Source: Naegleria gruberi (Eukaryota). From it: a DNA stretch of 64,000 nucleotides. The stretch is taken from the NCBI GenBank assembly GCA_000004985.1, contig GG738915.1; one strand, written 5' to 3'. Shown piece after piece: positions 30,585-40,732 of the stretch. Within the stretch, counting starts at the first letter, position 1. Every line of letters begins with the position of its first letter. Made by a program: the position numbers and the translations under genes. Under the pieces are notes generated by a model, which saw only the letters and a program-made list of their open reading frames with translations, did no database searches and had not been told where the DNA came from.

Positions 30585-31688
30585 TTAATGGCTAGGAAAA
30601 ATTCTGTCCATTATTGAACATCCATACTCATTGTATTGTTCTTTGTGAACTCTATATGGCCTCATATGTCCCATTGAACTAACAATGGAAGCTCCAATCC
30701 AAGATGAATAATTTCTTTCTGGAGGTGAAATTATTCGAAACGAATGTCTTTGGTTGAGTTGGTCAAGTTCTTGTTTCAATTTGACATTGAAATCCTGTAT
30801 TAAACTTGTTCCTCCACTTAGAATAATATTAGAGTATAAATCTAATTTTGTATCAATTGGGCATTTACAAATTGAATTGTAAATTAATTCAGCAATTCCA
30901 AAATCTGAACTAATTCCCACTAAATTGGGATTAAATAAACATTCCACACATTCATATCTTTCCCTACTTGTTTCAATTAATGTACCATCTGGTAATTCAT
31001 ATTGTTGAACTAGATATTCCTCCCCTTTTGAACATGTCACAATTGACTCTTTCATTTCTCTCAAAATTTCCATTTCTGATGAAGATGTAAAATTAATTCC
31101 TTTGTATTCCAATAATTTGCCAAGATATTTATCAATTGATTTTCCACCAACATTTAATTTTCCACTCGCATGTGAAATAACGTAACCTTCATGAATGGGC
31201 AAAACTCTACAAGACGAATCTCCACAATCAGCAATCAATCCACTCGTTCGACCAGCACTATACATGGCCATCACTTGTGCATTTCCAAATCCCAAGCTTG
31301 CACTATTGAATGATTCGAAACAGAGTTGTGTTAATGAATTTCTATTCGATTTTAAATTACTGGAAGGTTCCACTAACATGATATTAGAATCTTGAAGTGG
31401 AATATTTAAATTATGAAATGTATATTCGAAAAATAATGCCAAAACATCCCAATTAATTATTTTACCATTATCGATTGGATGAAAGAGTGAAAGAATTCCT
31501 CGGAGTTTGTTTGCTTCCTCTCCAATATAGGATAGTTTCGAATAGGATGAAAGATAATTTAATGCAGTTGTTTGATACTTTGGAAAACCAATCATTGAAT
31601 AAAAGTTTAGAACAGGAGCATCCGATCCACTAAAACCAGCTCTAATACAATGGGAACCTAAATCTATAGTAAGAGTTTCGTCTTGCAT
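30585..31688 (-). CDS. Actin-related protein (a divergent Arp).
   Basis: It shows the actin fold: 'TLTIDLGSHCIRAGFSGSDAP' matches actin '[21 protein letters not shown]', and '..ILSGGTSLIQDFNVKLKQEL..' with 'SWIGASIVSS' matches actin '[20 protein letters not shown]' and 'VWIGGSILAS'. It is 367 aa. Confidence 0.7.
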   Translation of the reverse strand: MQDETLTIDLGSHCIRAGFSGSDAPVLNFYSMIGFPKYQTTALNYLSSYSKLSYIGEEANKLRGILSLFHPIDNGKIINWDVLALFFEYTFHNLNIPLQDSNIMLVEPSSNLKSNRNSLTQLCFESFNSASLGFGNAQVMAMYSAGRTSGLIADCGDSSCRVLPIHEGYVISHASGKLNVGGKSIDKYLGKLLEYKGINFTSSSEMEILREMKESIVTCSKGEEYLVQQYELPDGTLIETSRERYECVECLFNPNLVGISSDFGIAELIYNSICKCPIDTKLDLYSNIILSGGTSLIQDFNVKLKQELDQLNQRHSFRIISPPERNYSSWIGASIVSSMGHMRPYRVHKEQYNEYGCSIMDRIFPSH

Positions 31689-32113
31689 TTTTTTCTAATA
31701 TTTTTAAAATGGTATAACCCAAGCTGCAAAGAAATGTATCTCAATAACTGTATTGACCTACGCCTATCTTTTCAATAAAACAATAGATAAATACTTTAAA
31801 ACAAGGAATCTTGCCATCTGGCTTGATTCAACATTGGGGTTGTGTCCTATCGTTTTATGTCATAATTATAATTTGGGCATAACTATTAATATGTCATTAT
31901 GTTTTGGCAGAAACCCACTTTCGAGATTATAATATGCCATGATATGTTTACCTTTTTGTTGGAGCTGTATTATTGAACTTTGCTCTTTGCAGATCATGAG
32001 GGTTATTGGTGCGATCATAAAAATCGTATGTAGGTGTGCCAGACAGTCCCTGGTTCTCTTAAAGAGGGGATTGCTGTGGGTTAATAAAATTGTTTCTGTG
32101 GTCACAATAACAT

Positions 32114-34177
32114 TTAATTATTATTTGGATGTAGACTGGAATCCAAAAACATACAAGCTACTTCAAATTTAACATCAGTGTATGCACTTGTTTGTTCGCT
32201 TTGAACTGTACAATGCAACGTTGCCATGCCAGAAAGGTTGTTAAAGAAATCCTCAGCGCCTATCTCAAATTGTCTTGTACTACTCCTGTACACCCTATCT
32301 GTCACCATGTTATCTCTATGTATTAAGAGCTTAATAGGAACATTCTCATGAGTGTCATGGTCCTCAGCAGCTACTTCCAAAGTAAAGGAGCCACCAGTCT
32401 GTGGATATATCACTAACGGTTCTGTTGCCCAATTATTGTAATTGTGAGTCACATCCATTGTTCCTGTTGCCACAATGACAAATCTATTCTGGTAGCTCTC
32501 ATACTGACATAGTTTTTGTATCGGGAATAATGCATCACCATCTTGTAGATGGAGGTTGCTGGTATTGCAAGAGACCCTTTCATGTATAGCAACATCACCC
32601 AGTGAAGTAGTGTTAGCAACTAATGTATTGCTACTTTTTTGCAGAATGTACACCTTAGCACCAGGTAAACAATTTGTTACCAGTACTTCATTAGCCCCTG
32701 GTCTAACATATTTTTGCACCTCCGGTAACACACTTATGAATAGGCCATCGTGAGGTAGGTCTAGTATTGTTGCTTCTGTTTCACGATCGGCATTACAACC
32801 TGTCTGTTTTACCTTCACTTTTCTCTCGATACCTCTCTGTTTCATGAGTACATGAGAAAGGTGTAGTGTTACATTATCACTATCTACCAATACAGGTAAA
32901 TCACAAAGCCCTACAGTATCGTCATCTGAATAGTAAGCTTGCAGAGAGCTAGAGGGATATGCTCCTCTAACGGAAACAAGTTGAGAGCATTCATATAATG
33001 GCTCATAGATTACTAGGGGGCCGACAACACCAGAATTATTGAGATCATGAATTTCGACAGGATCAGCGTATTCACTTTCCTCACCACAAGCTATCTGCTT
33101 GGCAGTCAATCTATCACCTGGTTCGAAAGTTATTCCTTGGAATTCAGGAAGAATTAAAACATCATCACCAGTTTTGCTTGCTATTATCGGAAGACCAATT
33201 TGTACGTATGGATCTCCTCCATTTGGGTTTTTCTTCCACTGTGCAAACTGTACAAAGGCATCTTGTTCAAGATTTCTCAAGAACACCTTACCAATGTCCA
33301 AACACACGCCTGATGGTGCATTAATAATTGGTTTGAGAGGTTTCTCTTGTGGAAGTACCTCTAACTCGAGGGGATCAGAAATCTGCTCACACTCCTCACG
33401 AAACTGCTGCCAAATCTTCAACATAGTTCCCTTCTTCGAATGTGGAATACCACTTGCATGGAATTTTGGACCTGAAGTAATTAAAATTGTATACCACCAG
33501 TTCTTGTTCGTACCACTATAGTTTTCTATACACAATTGTGCTGTAACCCTTGCATTGTTGACATCTAAAGAATCTGTGCATGCATGGACGTCTCCTCCTA
33601 TCTCTAATTTTGGTAACCGACCTCCCCCTGGAATCTTTTCTATCTCAATAGGTGAACTAAACACGCTGGGACTCGTTAATACCCCATTAACAGTCGTGAC
33701 TTGCTGGTAAGCTTCTATTGAGAATGCTGCACTGGGATGATTGGAAACTTCTACATAATCCAATGACCTAACAGCAGGGTTACGTCTGCCAATTTCAGAC
33801 AAGTTTTGACGGATTATTACCTGCGCCCCAGGCTCCATATTATTCAGAATCAACCACTGCATGCAAGTGCTTAGAGGAGAATTAAAGCAAAGAGGTTGAA
33901 GTGTTGTCACTGAACGAACAGTTGCTTCTGCCTCTGGGCTTAAATTTCCATTAACCATTTGAAGCACAATGATAGTTTCTCCAGGAATAAGCACCGTGCC
34001 TTGAGTAAAGGGTACCCATACTATACCATGATTGTCAATGTTATCAACACTACCTATTATAGTTCCATTTCTCATAATGATAACTGAGGCATTTGGTGAG
34101 AGACTTGTAACACAAACATTTGGTGAAATCTCAGTGATTTGGCCGTTAATTAGTGGTGCCTGTGGTTTAACTCCCAT
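32114..34177 (-). CDS. Hypothetical 687-aa protein encoded by a compositionally atypical (about 45% GC) intronless gene.
   Basis: It is a long clean ORF with an ATG start. Its base composition and codon usage differ from the roughly 30-35% GC neighbours. It has no signal peptide and I recognise no domain; the sequence has the look of a beta-rich protein. Confidence 0.4.
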   Translation of the reverse strand: MGVKPQAPLINGQITEISPNVCVTSLSPNASVIIMRNGTIIGSVDNIDNHGIVWVPFTQGTVLIPGETIIVLQMVNGNLSPEAEATVRSVTTLQPLCFNSPLSTCMQWLILNNMEPGAQVIIRQNLSEIGRRNPAVRSLDYVEVSNHPSAAFSIEAYQQVTTVNGVLTSPSVFSSPIEIEKIPGGGRLPKLEIGGDVHACTDSLDVNNARVTAQLCIENYSGTNKNWWYTILITSGPKFHASGIPHSKKGTMLKIWQQFREECEQISDPLELEVLPQEKPLKPIINAPSGVCLDIGKVFLRNLEQDAFVQFAQWKKNPNGGDPYVQIGLPIIASKTGDDVLILPEFQGITFEPGDRLTAKQIACGEESEYADPVEIHDLNNSGVVGPLVIYEPLYECSQLVSVRGAYPSSSLQAYYSDDDTVGLCDLPVLVDSDNVTLHLSHVLMKQRGIERKVKVKQTGCNADRETEATILDLPHDGLFISVLPEVQKYVRPGANEVLVTNCLPGAKVYILQKSSNTLVANTTSLGDVAIHERVSCNTSNLHLQDGDALFPIQKLCQYESYQNRFVIVATGTMDVTHNYNNWATEPLVIYPQTGGSFTLEVAAEDHDTHENVPIKLLIHRDNMVTDRVYRSSTRQFEIGAEDFFNNLSGMATLHCTVQSEQTSAYTDVKFEVACMFLDSSLHPNNN

Positions 34178-34810
34178 TATATCTTTTCTACAATTGAAAC
34201 TTCAGTTTTTTTGGTGGATTGGTGGATTGTTTTAGAGATATTTATGTTGACGTTATTTTGCAAAATGTACATTTACTAAACTCAAAACAAATCTAAACCA
34301 GGCAAAACGACATGTATGAAATATGTAAGATGAGTAAATTCCATTTCCAAAGAAAAAATCCATAACTAAAATAGAGCCTGTGATAATAAACTTACTCTTT
34401 TTTGGATTGGTATTTTTCTCTCAAAAAGTTACATGTTCAACTTGGTTCTTGGTTATTACAGCAAATTATTCAGGGGCATTTTCAGCGGTCATACCACCAG
34501 AGCAATTTACTTTTAATTGAGGGATTTATTGAACGAGGAGATGGGAGGATGCTAAATTATTAAAGATGTATTCCATTGACTTGGATATTGCACAAAGTCA
34601 AGGTATTACAGAAGCACAATGGTTACAAACTGCTTTTCAGTTTTAATGTTTAAGTAATTATTCCATAAAGAAAATGAATCCAAATCATTGCCTTACAAAG
34701 GAGCAAGTGGATTATTTATTATCAATGAGTTTTAGGGATTCTCTAAAAAATGAAAAGGCAAAGGAAACCAAACAAAGAAACGGTCACAAAGAACAAACAC
34801 CAAAGAAAGA

Positions 34811-35134
34811 TTGAATTGGAAAACAATTGATTCTAGTTCTCAATTTCTAAACTCCGATTATGAATCACACAATTTATGTGAGGGAAAATATCTTCTCCGA
34901 TTCCCAAATATTTCCTGTGATGATTTTCAGAATATTTGCTCCACCATTTATCAAGAGAATGGAGGTGGATTGAATAGGAGGAAATATAAGGTGATGGCTT
35001 ATCCGGATCGGATGCATTCACTTCCGAGTGGTTGGTATAGACATTTGTGTAGGAAATGTATTGTTTTGACGAATGAGAGTCATTATGATGATGAAGAGTA
35101 TTGTGCTGGAAATGATTTTTCCAATGGATATTAA
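34811..35134 (+). CDS. Small Cys-rich hypothetical protein (107 aa). Low confidence.
   Basis: It is an isolated ORF inside a roughly 1-kb intergenic stretch. There is no homology support. Confidence 0.15.
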   Translation: MNWKTIDSSSQFLNSDYESHNLCEGKYLLRFPNISCDDFQNICSTIYQENGGGLNRRKYKVMAYPDRMHSLPSGWYRHLCRKCIVLTNESHYDDEEYCAGNDFSNGY

Positions 35135-35236
35135 ATTTATGATTTATATTTAAATAAATTATAATATATTTATTTTGTAATAGTTTTAAATAGGTTTAAT
35201 ATTGCTTTTCGGAAATTTGGAAATATTTAAAAAAAA

Positions 35237-36304
35237 ATGGAGCAACTTAAACAAACTCTCACAAAGATTTGGCAAGAGCCTATTCTTGTTGGTCATCAAT
35301 ATTTACCACCCAAAATTTATGATCTCCTATGGAATATTACAGAGGGAATATTAACTGCGCTATTATATCCGATTTGCATCGTAGTGGGAGTTGTCAGCTT
35401 TTTATATTATAATTTGATAAAGAAGGGAGGAAAGGATTTATTCAAATCATCAGAGGAATATAATTATGAAAAGATTTTAATTGTTGGAAGTAGTAGTGGA
35501 ATTGGTAGAAGTTTGGCTCTTGAAATTTCAAGCAAATTCGCCACTAGAAAGAATCAAAAGAGTTTGACCTTGACATTGGTTGGAAGAAATTTGGCTGCTA
35601 ATGAAAAGTTAAAAGAAGAATGTAGTGCTATTATTAAAGAAAGTCATCCTGTTGAAGATTTTGAAATTAATGTTAGACAAGCTGATGTGACAAACGCTGA
35701 GAGAATGAAGGAAATTGTTAATGAAATGGATTATGATTGTATCATTGCTAATGCTGGTGTTACAATCTTTGTCATGATGGGAGATAAGAAACCATCTGAG
35801 TTCACAACATTGGAAAAGATTCAAATGGAATTCAAATGTTGGGAAACTAATCTTACTGGTTGCACTAATACTGCCTTCCCAGCCATTGAAAGATTGATTC
35901 AAGATGCTGACAATGGAAACAAGAAGAGAAGACATGTTATTTTAACATCTTCTGGAACAGCATACTTCCCAGAAATGGGTCTCTATCCAACAGCTAAATC
36001 TGCTCTTATTGGAATTGCTAGAAATCTCAGAGCCAAGTTGGAATCCTCTCCTAAATATTCAAATCTTAGAGTTTCAGTTCTAGTGCCAGGATGGGTCCAT
36101 TCAAGTATGTCAAAGGCTTTCCCAGCTAAGGAAATGCAACTTGGAATGATTTCTTCAGAGTTGGCTGCCAAGTTGACTTGGAGTGGAATTGAACGTGATT
36201 TTGAAATTATTGATATTAGTGGAGTTTGGGGATTGATCATGCGTGTTTTCCTCAAATTCCCATTCAATCTTAGTTCATCACTTGTGGCTTTACTCGATAG
36301 ATAA
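35237..36304 (+). CDS. Short-chain dehydrogenase/reductase (SDR) with an N-terminal TM anchor.
   Basis: The Rossmann motif reads 'ILIVGSSSGIGRSLALEI' (TGxxxGIG). 'NAGV' is present. The catalytic YxxxK reads 'YPTAKSAL', preceded by 'TSSGTA'. Confidence 0.8.
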   Translation: MEQLKQTLTKIWQEPILVGHQYLPPKIYDLLWNITEGILTALLYPICIVVGVVSFLYYNLIKKGGKDLFKSSEEYNYEKILIVGSSSGIGRSLALEISSKFATRKNQKSLTLTLVGRNLAANEKLKEECSAIIKESHPVEDFEINVRQADVTNAERMKEIVNEMDYDCIIANAGVTIFVMMGDKKPSEFTTLEKIQMEFKCWETNLTGCTNTAFPAIERLIQDADNGNKKRRHVILTSSGTAYFPEMGLYPTAKSALIGIARNLRAKLESSPKYSNLRVSVLVPGWVHSSMSKAFPAKEMQLGMISSELAAKLTWSGIERDFEIIDISGVWGLIMRVFLKFPFNLSSSLVALLDR

Positions 36305-36480
36305 ACATCGTATTAAAGTAGCTTTTGTAAGTTTTCTTGATTCATGTTCAACAAATAATTTAACCATTCAACAATACAATTCCTCTTAACATCTCACGTT
36401 TCAGATCTTTAAATAGATATTTGAAACTGCTCACGAACTTTAACAAAAAAAAATATTTAACTTGATAACTTGATCAGAGA

Positions 36481-38592
36481 ATGGTTAAGACTTCAATTGG
36501 AAGAGAAAAACAAAAGGCATCCATTGTTAATATTGCCACAAGAAGATTACTCAAGGATTTGAAGGAAATTAATGAAAATCCACTGCCTGATATTGTGGCA
36601 GCTCCCGTAGATGCAGAGAAAAATCTATTTGAATGGAGAGCCAATTTAAAGGGATTTGGGTCTTATGAAGGAGGAATATTTCACATTAGGCTAACCTTTC
36701 CAACTGACTACCCAATCAAACCACCAACTGTTGAATTGTGTACACCAATTGATCATCCAAATATCATTGGCAAATCAATATGTTTAGACATGTTGGGAGA
36801 TGCATGGTCAACAGCTTACTCTGTGCAATCAATTTTACTCCAATTACAATCCATATTATTGGATGACGAGAGAGTGGATGAGATGGCAACTATTAACCCA
36901 AAGCAATACAAGCAAAAAAAGAAGGAAATAGTTGACGCTTGTAAGTGGGCAGTTGAGCAATCTTTGAGATTTTCAGACCCTTCTGTTGGCCATTTTCCTC
37001 CTGCAAAGCCGTTCCCAAAGTTTCAAACAGCACAGGCAAAAGTTATTGATTTGAATGAGTTTACCAAATCTGAGCTTGTTTGCTATTTCTCCAGAAGTTC
37101 CTATGAGGAAGATGTGCTTGGTTATGGTATCACCTTTACAAAGAATATTAGAACTGGAAGAATTAATTTGATCCAATCAACTCTTGAGTTGTTATCTTTG
37201 AGATCATTTATGAATTATTCCATTAGAAAAACATCGAATGGTGATGAATTTACTCATTGGATGCCTATTTTCGTTGAGCCAAACCATGGTAAAAAGGCAA
37301 TGCACTTGGCTAAACGTTCAATTTCAATGATTTGCACAGGTAATGCAAAGAATTTCAAACCTGAACAAGTTATGGAAGTATTTCCAAAGATTCTGACAAC
37401 TATTTCTGTTGACATTATGACTACACAGAAGAAGCATGGTTCTATCAGAGCATTGAAGATCTATTGTCATTACTATAGAACATTTTTGGAGTTTGTGAAG
37501 GAATATCCAGAATTATTGGTAACAATTAATAATAATGTTAAGAGATTTATTGATTCTGAGGATAACAGACACAAAGACGTGACTCCAAATTTAGGAGAAC
37601 TATTGGCAATCCTTCCATTGAGTGATTACTCTTGGAAGGACATTTCAAGTGCATACATTGAGGAGTCGTTTACTAGAAATGTATTTTGGCTTCTTAATAG
37701 ATATAAAGAATTAGAAATGGAAAATTGCAAAGAATTCGATGACATGGATCGTCTCAAATATTCATTTGAAACAAGTAAGGCCAGTCAGAAATTGTTAATG
37801 TTGAACATATTCATTTTAGAAAACATTGCAAGACCTGAAAGAACTGAAATTGAAGAAATCAGAAATGAGTTTGATAATAGACTTGGTAGATTGAATCCAA
37901 CAGATGAAGATTCCTGTTTAGAAACATTGAAAAAAATTAACTGTGTCAAAAACTACTTGGAATTCTTTGAGTTTGTTGGAATGAGTCAGGTCAAGGAAGA
38001 TCAAATTGTTGAACTATTGAAGCAATCTATCAAGAAGAGTAAGACTAAGGGATACCATGGATCTACTATCTATGTTATGAGTCCTGAAGAGTTCCAAAGA
38101 CACACTAAGAAATTGGACGAATATCTAATTAATGATGGACAAGGAAATTACATACTCGAAACCAATGAAGAGAAGTGGAAAACAGGCTGTATACAAAGAT
38201 GGGGTACGGTTAAATATCCTGACTATTTGGAAAACCTCTCAAATCCTTGGCGAAAACTCTACTTGCAGTACAATTTACAAGACTTGATTTCTTCATTGAA
38301 TGAATCTTGTGATTTCAAGTATCTCCATCATGTTTTGGAACTTTGTGTTGAGATTCCAAGATTGGAAATTGTCATGTTTAATCCAGAAAAGTTGAAGAGC
38401 AAATACTACTTCCTCACGCTTGTATTGACTAAACTTGTGAATTTGGACACCTTAACAATTTCAAGAGGTGAAACTGGTTTGGGAACATCAGGTTTCCGTG
38501 CTCTTATTAAAGGGCTTTCTAATAATCAAGCCAAATTAGAGAATTTGATTTTAGACAGTTGTGATATTACAGCTAGTTGTGTTGAGAATTAA
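36481..38592 (+). CDS. Protein with a ubiquitin-conjugating enzyme (UBC/E2) domain at the N-terminus and a long extension that ends in RNI-type LRRs. It probably continues into the next ORF.
   Basis: The UBC fold reads 'FEWRANLKGFGSYEGGIFHIRLTFPTDYPIKPPTVELCTPIDHPNIIGKSICLDMLGDAWSTAYSVQSILLQLQSIL', with HPN and the catalytic Cys. The last 50 aa ('LSNNQAKLENLILDSCDITASCVEN') already read as an LRR. Confidence 0.6.
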   Translation: MVKTSIGREKQKASIVNIATRRLLKDLKEINENPLPDIVAAPVDAEKNLFEWRANLKGFGSYEGGIFHIRLTFPTDYPIKPPTVELCTPIDHPNIIGKSICLDMLGDAWSTAYSVQSILLQLQSILLDDERVDEMATINPKQYKQKKKEIVDACKWAVEQSLRFSDPSVGHFPPAKPFPKFQTAQAKVIDLNEFTKSELVCYFSRSSYEEDVLGYGITFTKNIRTGRINLIQSTLELLSLRSFMNYSIRKTSNGDEFTHWMPIFVEPNHGKKAMHLAKRSISMICTGNAKNFKPEQVMEVFPKILTTISVDIMTTQKKHGSIRALKIYCHYYRTFLEFVKEYPELLVTINNNVKRFIDSEDNRHKDVTPNLGELLAILPLSDYSWKDISSAYIEESFTRNVFWLLNRYKELEMENCKEFDDMDRLKYSFETSKASQKLLMLNIFILENIARPERTEIEEIRNEFDNRLGRLNPTDEDSCLETLKKINCVKNYLEFFEFVGMSQVKEDQIVELLKQSIKKSKTKGYHGSTIYVMSPEEFQRHTKKLDEYLINDGQGNYILETNEEKWKTGCIQRWGTVKYPDYLENLSNPWRKLYLQYNLQDLISSLNESCDFKYLHHVLELCVEIPRLEIVMFNPEKLKSKYYFLTLVLTKLVNLDTLTISRGETGLGTSGFRALIKGLSNNQAKLENLILDSCDITASCVEN

Positions 38593-38618
38593 CAAAAGGA
38601 TCTCTGAGCTCTTGTAAC

Positions 38619-40418
38619 TTGAAACGTATTGCTCTATGTGGAAATCCACTGGGAGATCAAGGAGCCAATTACCTGTCCAAATTCCTAATGAGACATGAAA
38701 ATGTTCCCCATCTACGTGAGTTGGATCTTTCTCGCTGTGGAATTAGACAAAATGGAGCTGAATGTATTGCTGAAGCTTTGCTAGTAAAGAGGGAAATTAC
38801 ATCCTTCAAATTTATTGGAAATCCATCAGAGCAAGGACTGTATACCATATTGAAACACTTGGGATACTCCTCATGTATTGCGGAGATTGATTTCAGTATG
38901 ACTAGTTCTATTGTAGCCAATGGTAATTCTGAAAGTATGGTCAAACTGTTGGATCTTTCCACAACTCTCAAGAAGATTAACTTGTGGAAAGCTAATGGAT
39001 TCCACATTCTCACCCAAGAAGTATTCAACAGAATTGGTAAATCAAAGAGTTTGAAAGATATTGATATGGCCGAAACAAAATTCAAAGATATTTCACTATT
39101 TGCTTTCGCTTTGAAAGATAACTACGTATTGGAAACTTTGAATCTATCAAATAATGATATCAAACTCTCTGAGGTGTATCAATTATATTGTAGATTACTT
39201 TTGTTACACTTTGAGAATGCTAACAAAACGAGAGAATTCTTGGATGGACCTAATGCTGCTGTCCCACCAAAGCTTGTCCATTTACAAAAGCTAACTCTAT
39301 CTAAGAATAATTTAACTAATCTATTACAGTCAAATATCAAAGAGGCAATTAGTATTGGTCAAATAATGAAAATGTGTACAAATTTGAATTATTTGGATTT
39401 ATCGGGATGTAAAATTGACAAAACTCATATGGAAGGAATTGCAGCAGCTTTGGATCCTAAATTCAACCTTCCTCTCAAAACTCTCAAATTGAATAATAAT
39501 GAGATTGGCAAAACAGGTTTGAGACCACTTGCCTCTATAATGAAACTCAATACTACCATTGAAGATTTGGACCTCTCTGGTAATGATTTGGGAGTTACAG
39601 GAAGTGTTTCATTAGCTGAAATCATTACAAATAACTCTTCCATCAAGAAATTGAACATATTCTCATGTTTTGTTCAAATTGAAGGAATTGACATTATTTC
39701 CAAAGCATTACAACAAAACACATCAATCACAGATTTGGATATTGGTTTGAATTCAGCCAAAGAAAGAGGAGCTCTTTCAATTATTGAAATGCTCAAACAA
39801 AATACCACTCTTAAGAGGCTTGGACTCAAATTGAATCATTTAAGTGACAAGACATGTACACAAATTGCCAATATCATTGCTATTGAAAATCCTAAATCCG
39901 CAATTCAATATTTAGCTCTTTCTGGTAATTCTCTTTCAATTTCAACAAGTTCCAATATTTCCATAGTTCTAAACTCTGTAAAGGATAGAGTAATTGAGTT
40001 TGATCTTACCAAATTGGTTGAAGTGAAAGATACAGAAAAACAAAATAGAACTATTTATCTTTCACCACTTCCAAACTCAATTACAATTCAAGATATCAAG
40101 AAATTCTTCTATCAACACAAATGTGGAGCTATATTGAATGTCTACATTCACAAACATAAGACTCCCAATAAGAAGACCAGACTCAACAAGTATGCCTTTG
40201 TAGAGTTTGCTCATCCAGACTCACTTCAATTGGCCATACGTTTGAGATATTCTAATAGACCAGAAAAGAAATCTCCAAATGTTGTAAAGCTTTTGAAGAG
40301 AATTCGTGGAAATGATGGTAAGAAAACTAAAGCAAAATGGTATGAATCCAAGCTCATCATCACCAAATCAGGCAATCAACTTCACAATGAAAGAGCCAAA
40401 AAGAAAATCAAACATTAA
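38619..40418 (+). CDS. RNI-like (ribonuclease-inhibitor-type) LRR protein with a C-terminal RRM. It is probably the 3' part of the UBC gene upstream.
   Basis: It carries more than 12 repeats of about 28 residues ('LDLSGCKIDKTHMEGIAAAL', 'LKLNNNEIGKTGLRPLASIM', 'LDLSGNDLGVTGSVSLAEII'). The C-terminal RRM reads 'RTIYLSPLPNSITIQDIKKFF...KYAFVEFAHPDSLQLAIRL'. The track start is a TTG, and the reading frame is open 33 nt upstream of it. Confidence 0.6.
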   Translation: MKRIALCGNPLGDQGANYLSKFLMRHENVPHLRELDLSRCGIRQNGAECIAEALLVKREITSFKFIGNPSEQGLYTILKHLGYSSCIAEIDFSMTSSIVANGNSESMVKLLDLSTTLKKINLWKANGFHILTQEVFNRIGKSKSLKDIDMAETKFKDISLFAFALKDNYVLETLNLSNNDIKLSEVYQLYCRLLLLHFENANKTREFLDGPNAAVPPKLVHLQKLTLSKNNLTNLLQSNIKEAISIGQIMKMCTNLNYLDLSGCKIDKTHMEGIAAALDPKFNLPLKTLKLNNNEIGKTGLRPLASIMKLNTTIEDLDLSGNDLGVTGSVSLAEIITNNSSIKKLNIFSCFVQIEGIDIISKALQQNTSITDLDIGLNSAKERGALSIIEMLKQNTTLKRLGLKLNHLSDKTCTQIANIIAIENPKSAIQYLALSGNSLSISTSSNISIVLNSVKDRVIEFDLTKLVEVKDTEKQNRTIYLSPLPNSITIQDIKKFFYQHKCGAILNVYIHKHKTPNKKTRLNKYAFVEFAHPDSLQLAIRLRYSNRPEKKSPNVVKLLKRIRGNDGKKTKAKWYESKLIITKSGNQLHNERAKKKIKH

Positions 40419-40732
40419 TCTGTTTTAATCACCAAATTCCCAAATTTCACTAGTAGAATTCTTGACATTGAATCATTTTTTGAATGTATTTTTACTAAGG
40501 TTTTGTGAAATTTATTTTCAATACTTCAGAAAAGGTCGAAATGATAAGGTAAAGATAGTCCTCTAACTAGCTTACTTTAAAATTAGTAAAACTCCTACAC
40601 CCGTCAAAAGTCCTACCCGCTGCATTTAAGGATCCAACAAGTGCGGGCTATTTTAATCATCATTGATGCAACTTGATGTAATATGAGTGGCATCAAGTAT
40701 TTTCAAACAAAACACAACAAAACACATAAAAA

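Noticed and set aside
32114-34177. Calling the GC-rich gene an NCLDV major capsid protein or a bacterial toxin.
   Set aside because: I could recognise no diagnostic motif (double jelly-roll signatures and the like) by eye. Only the compositional anomaly is supported.
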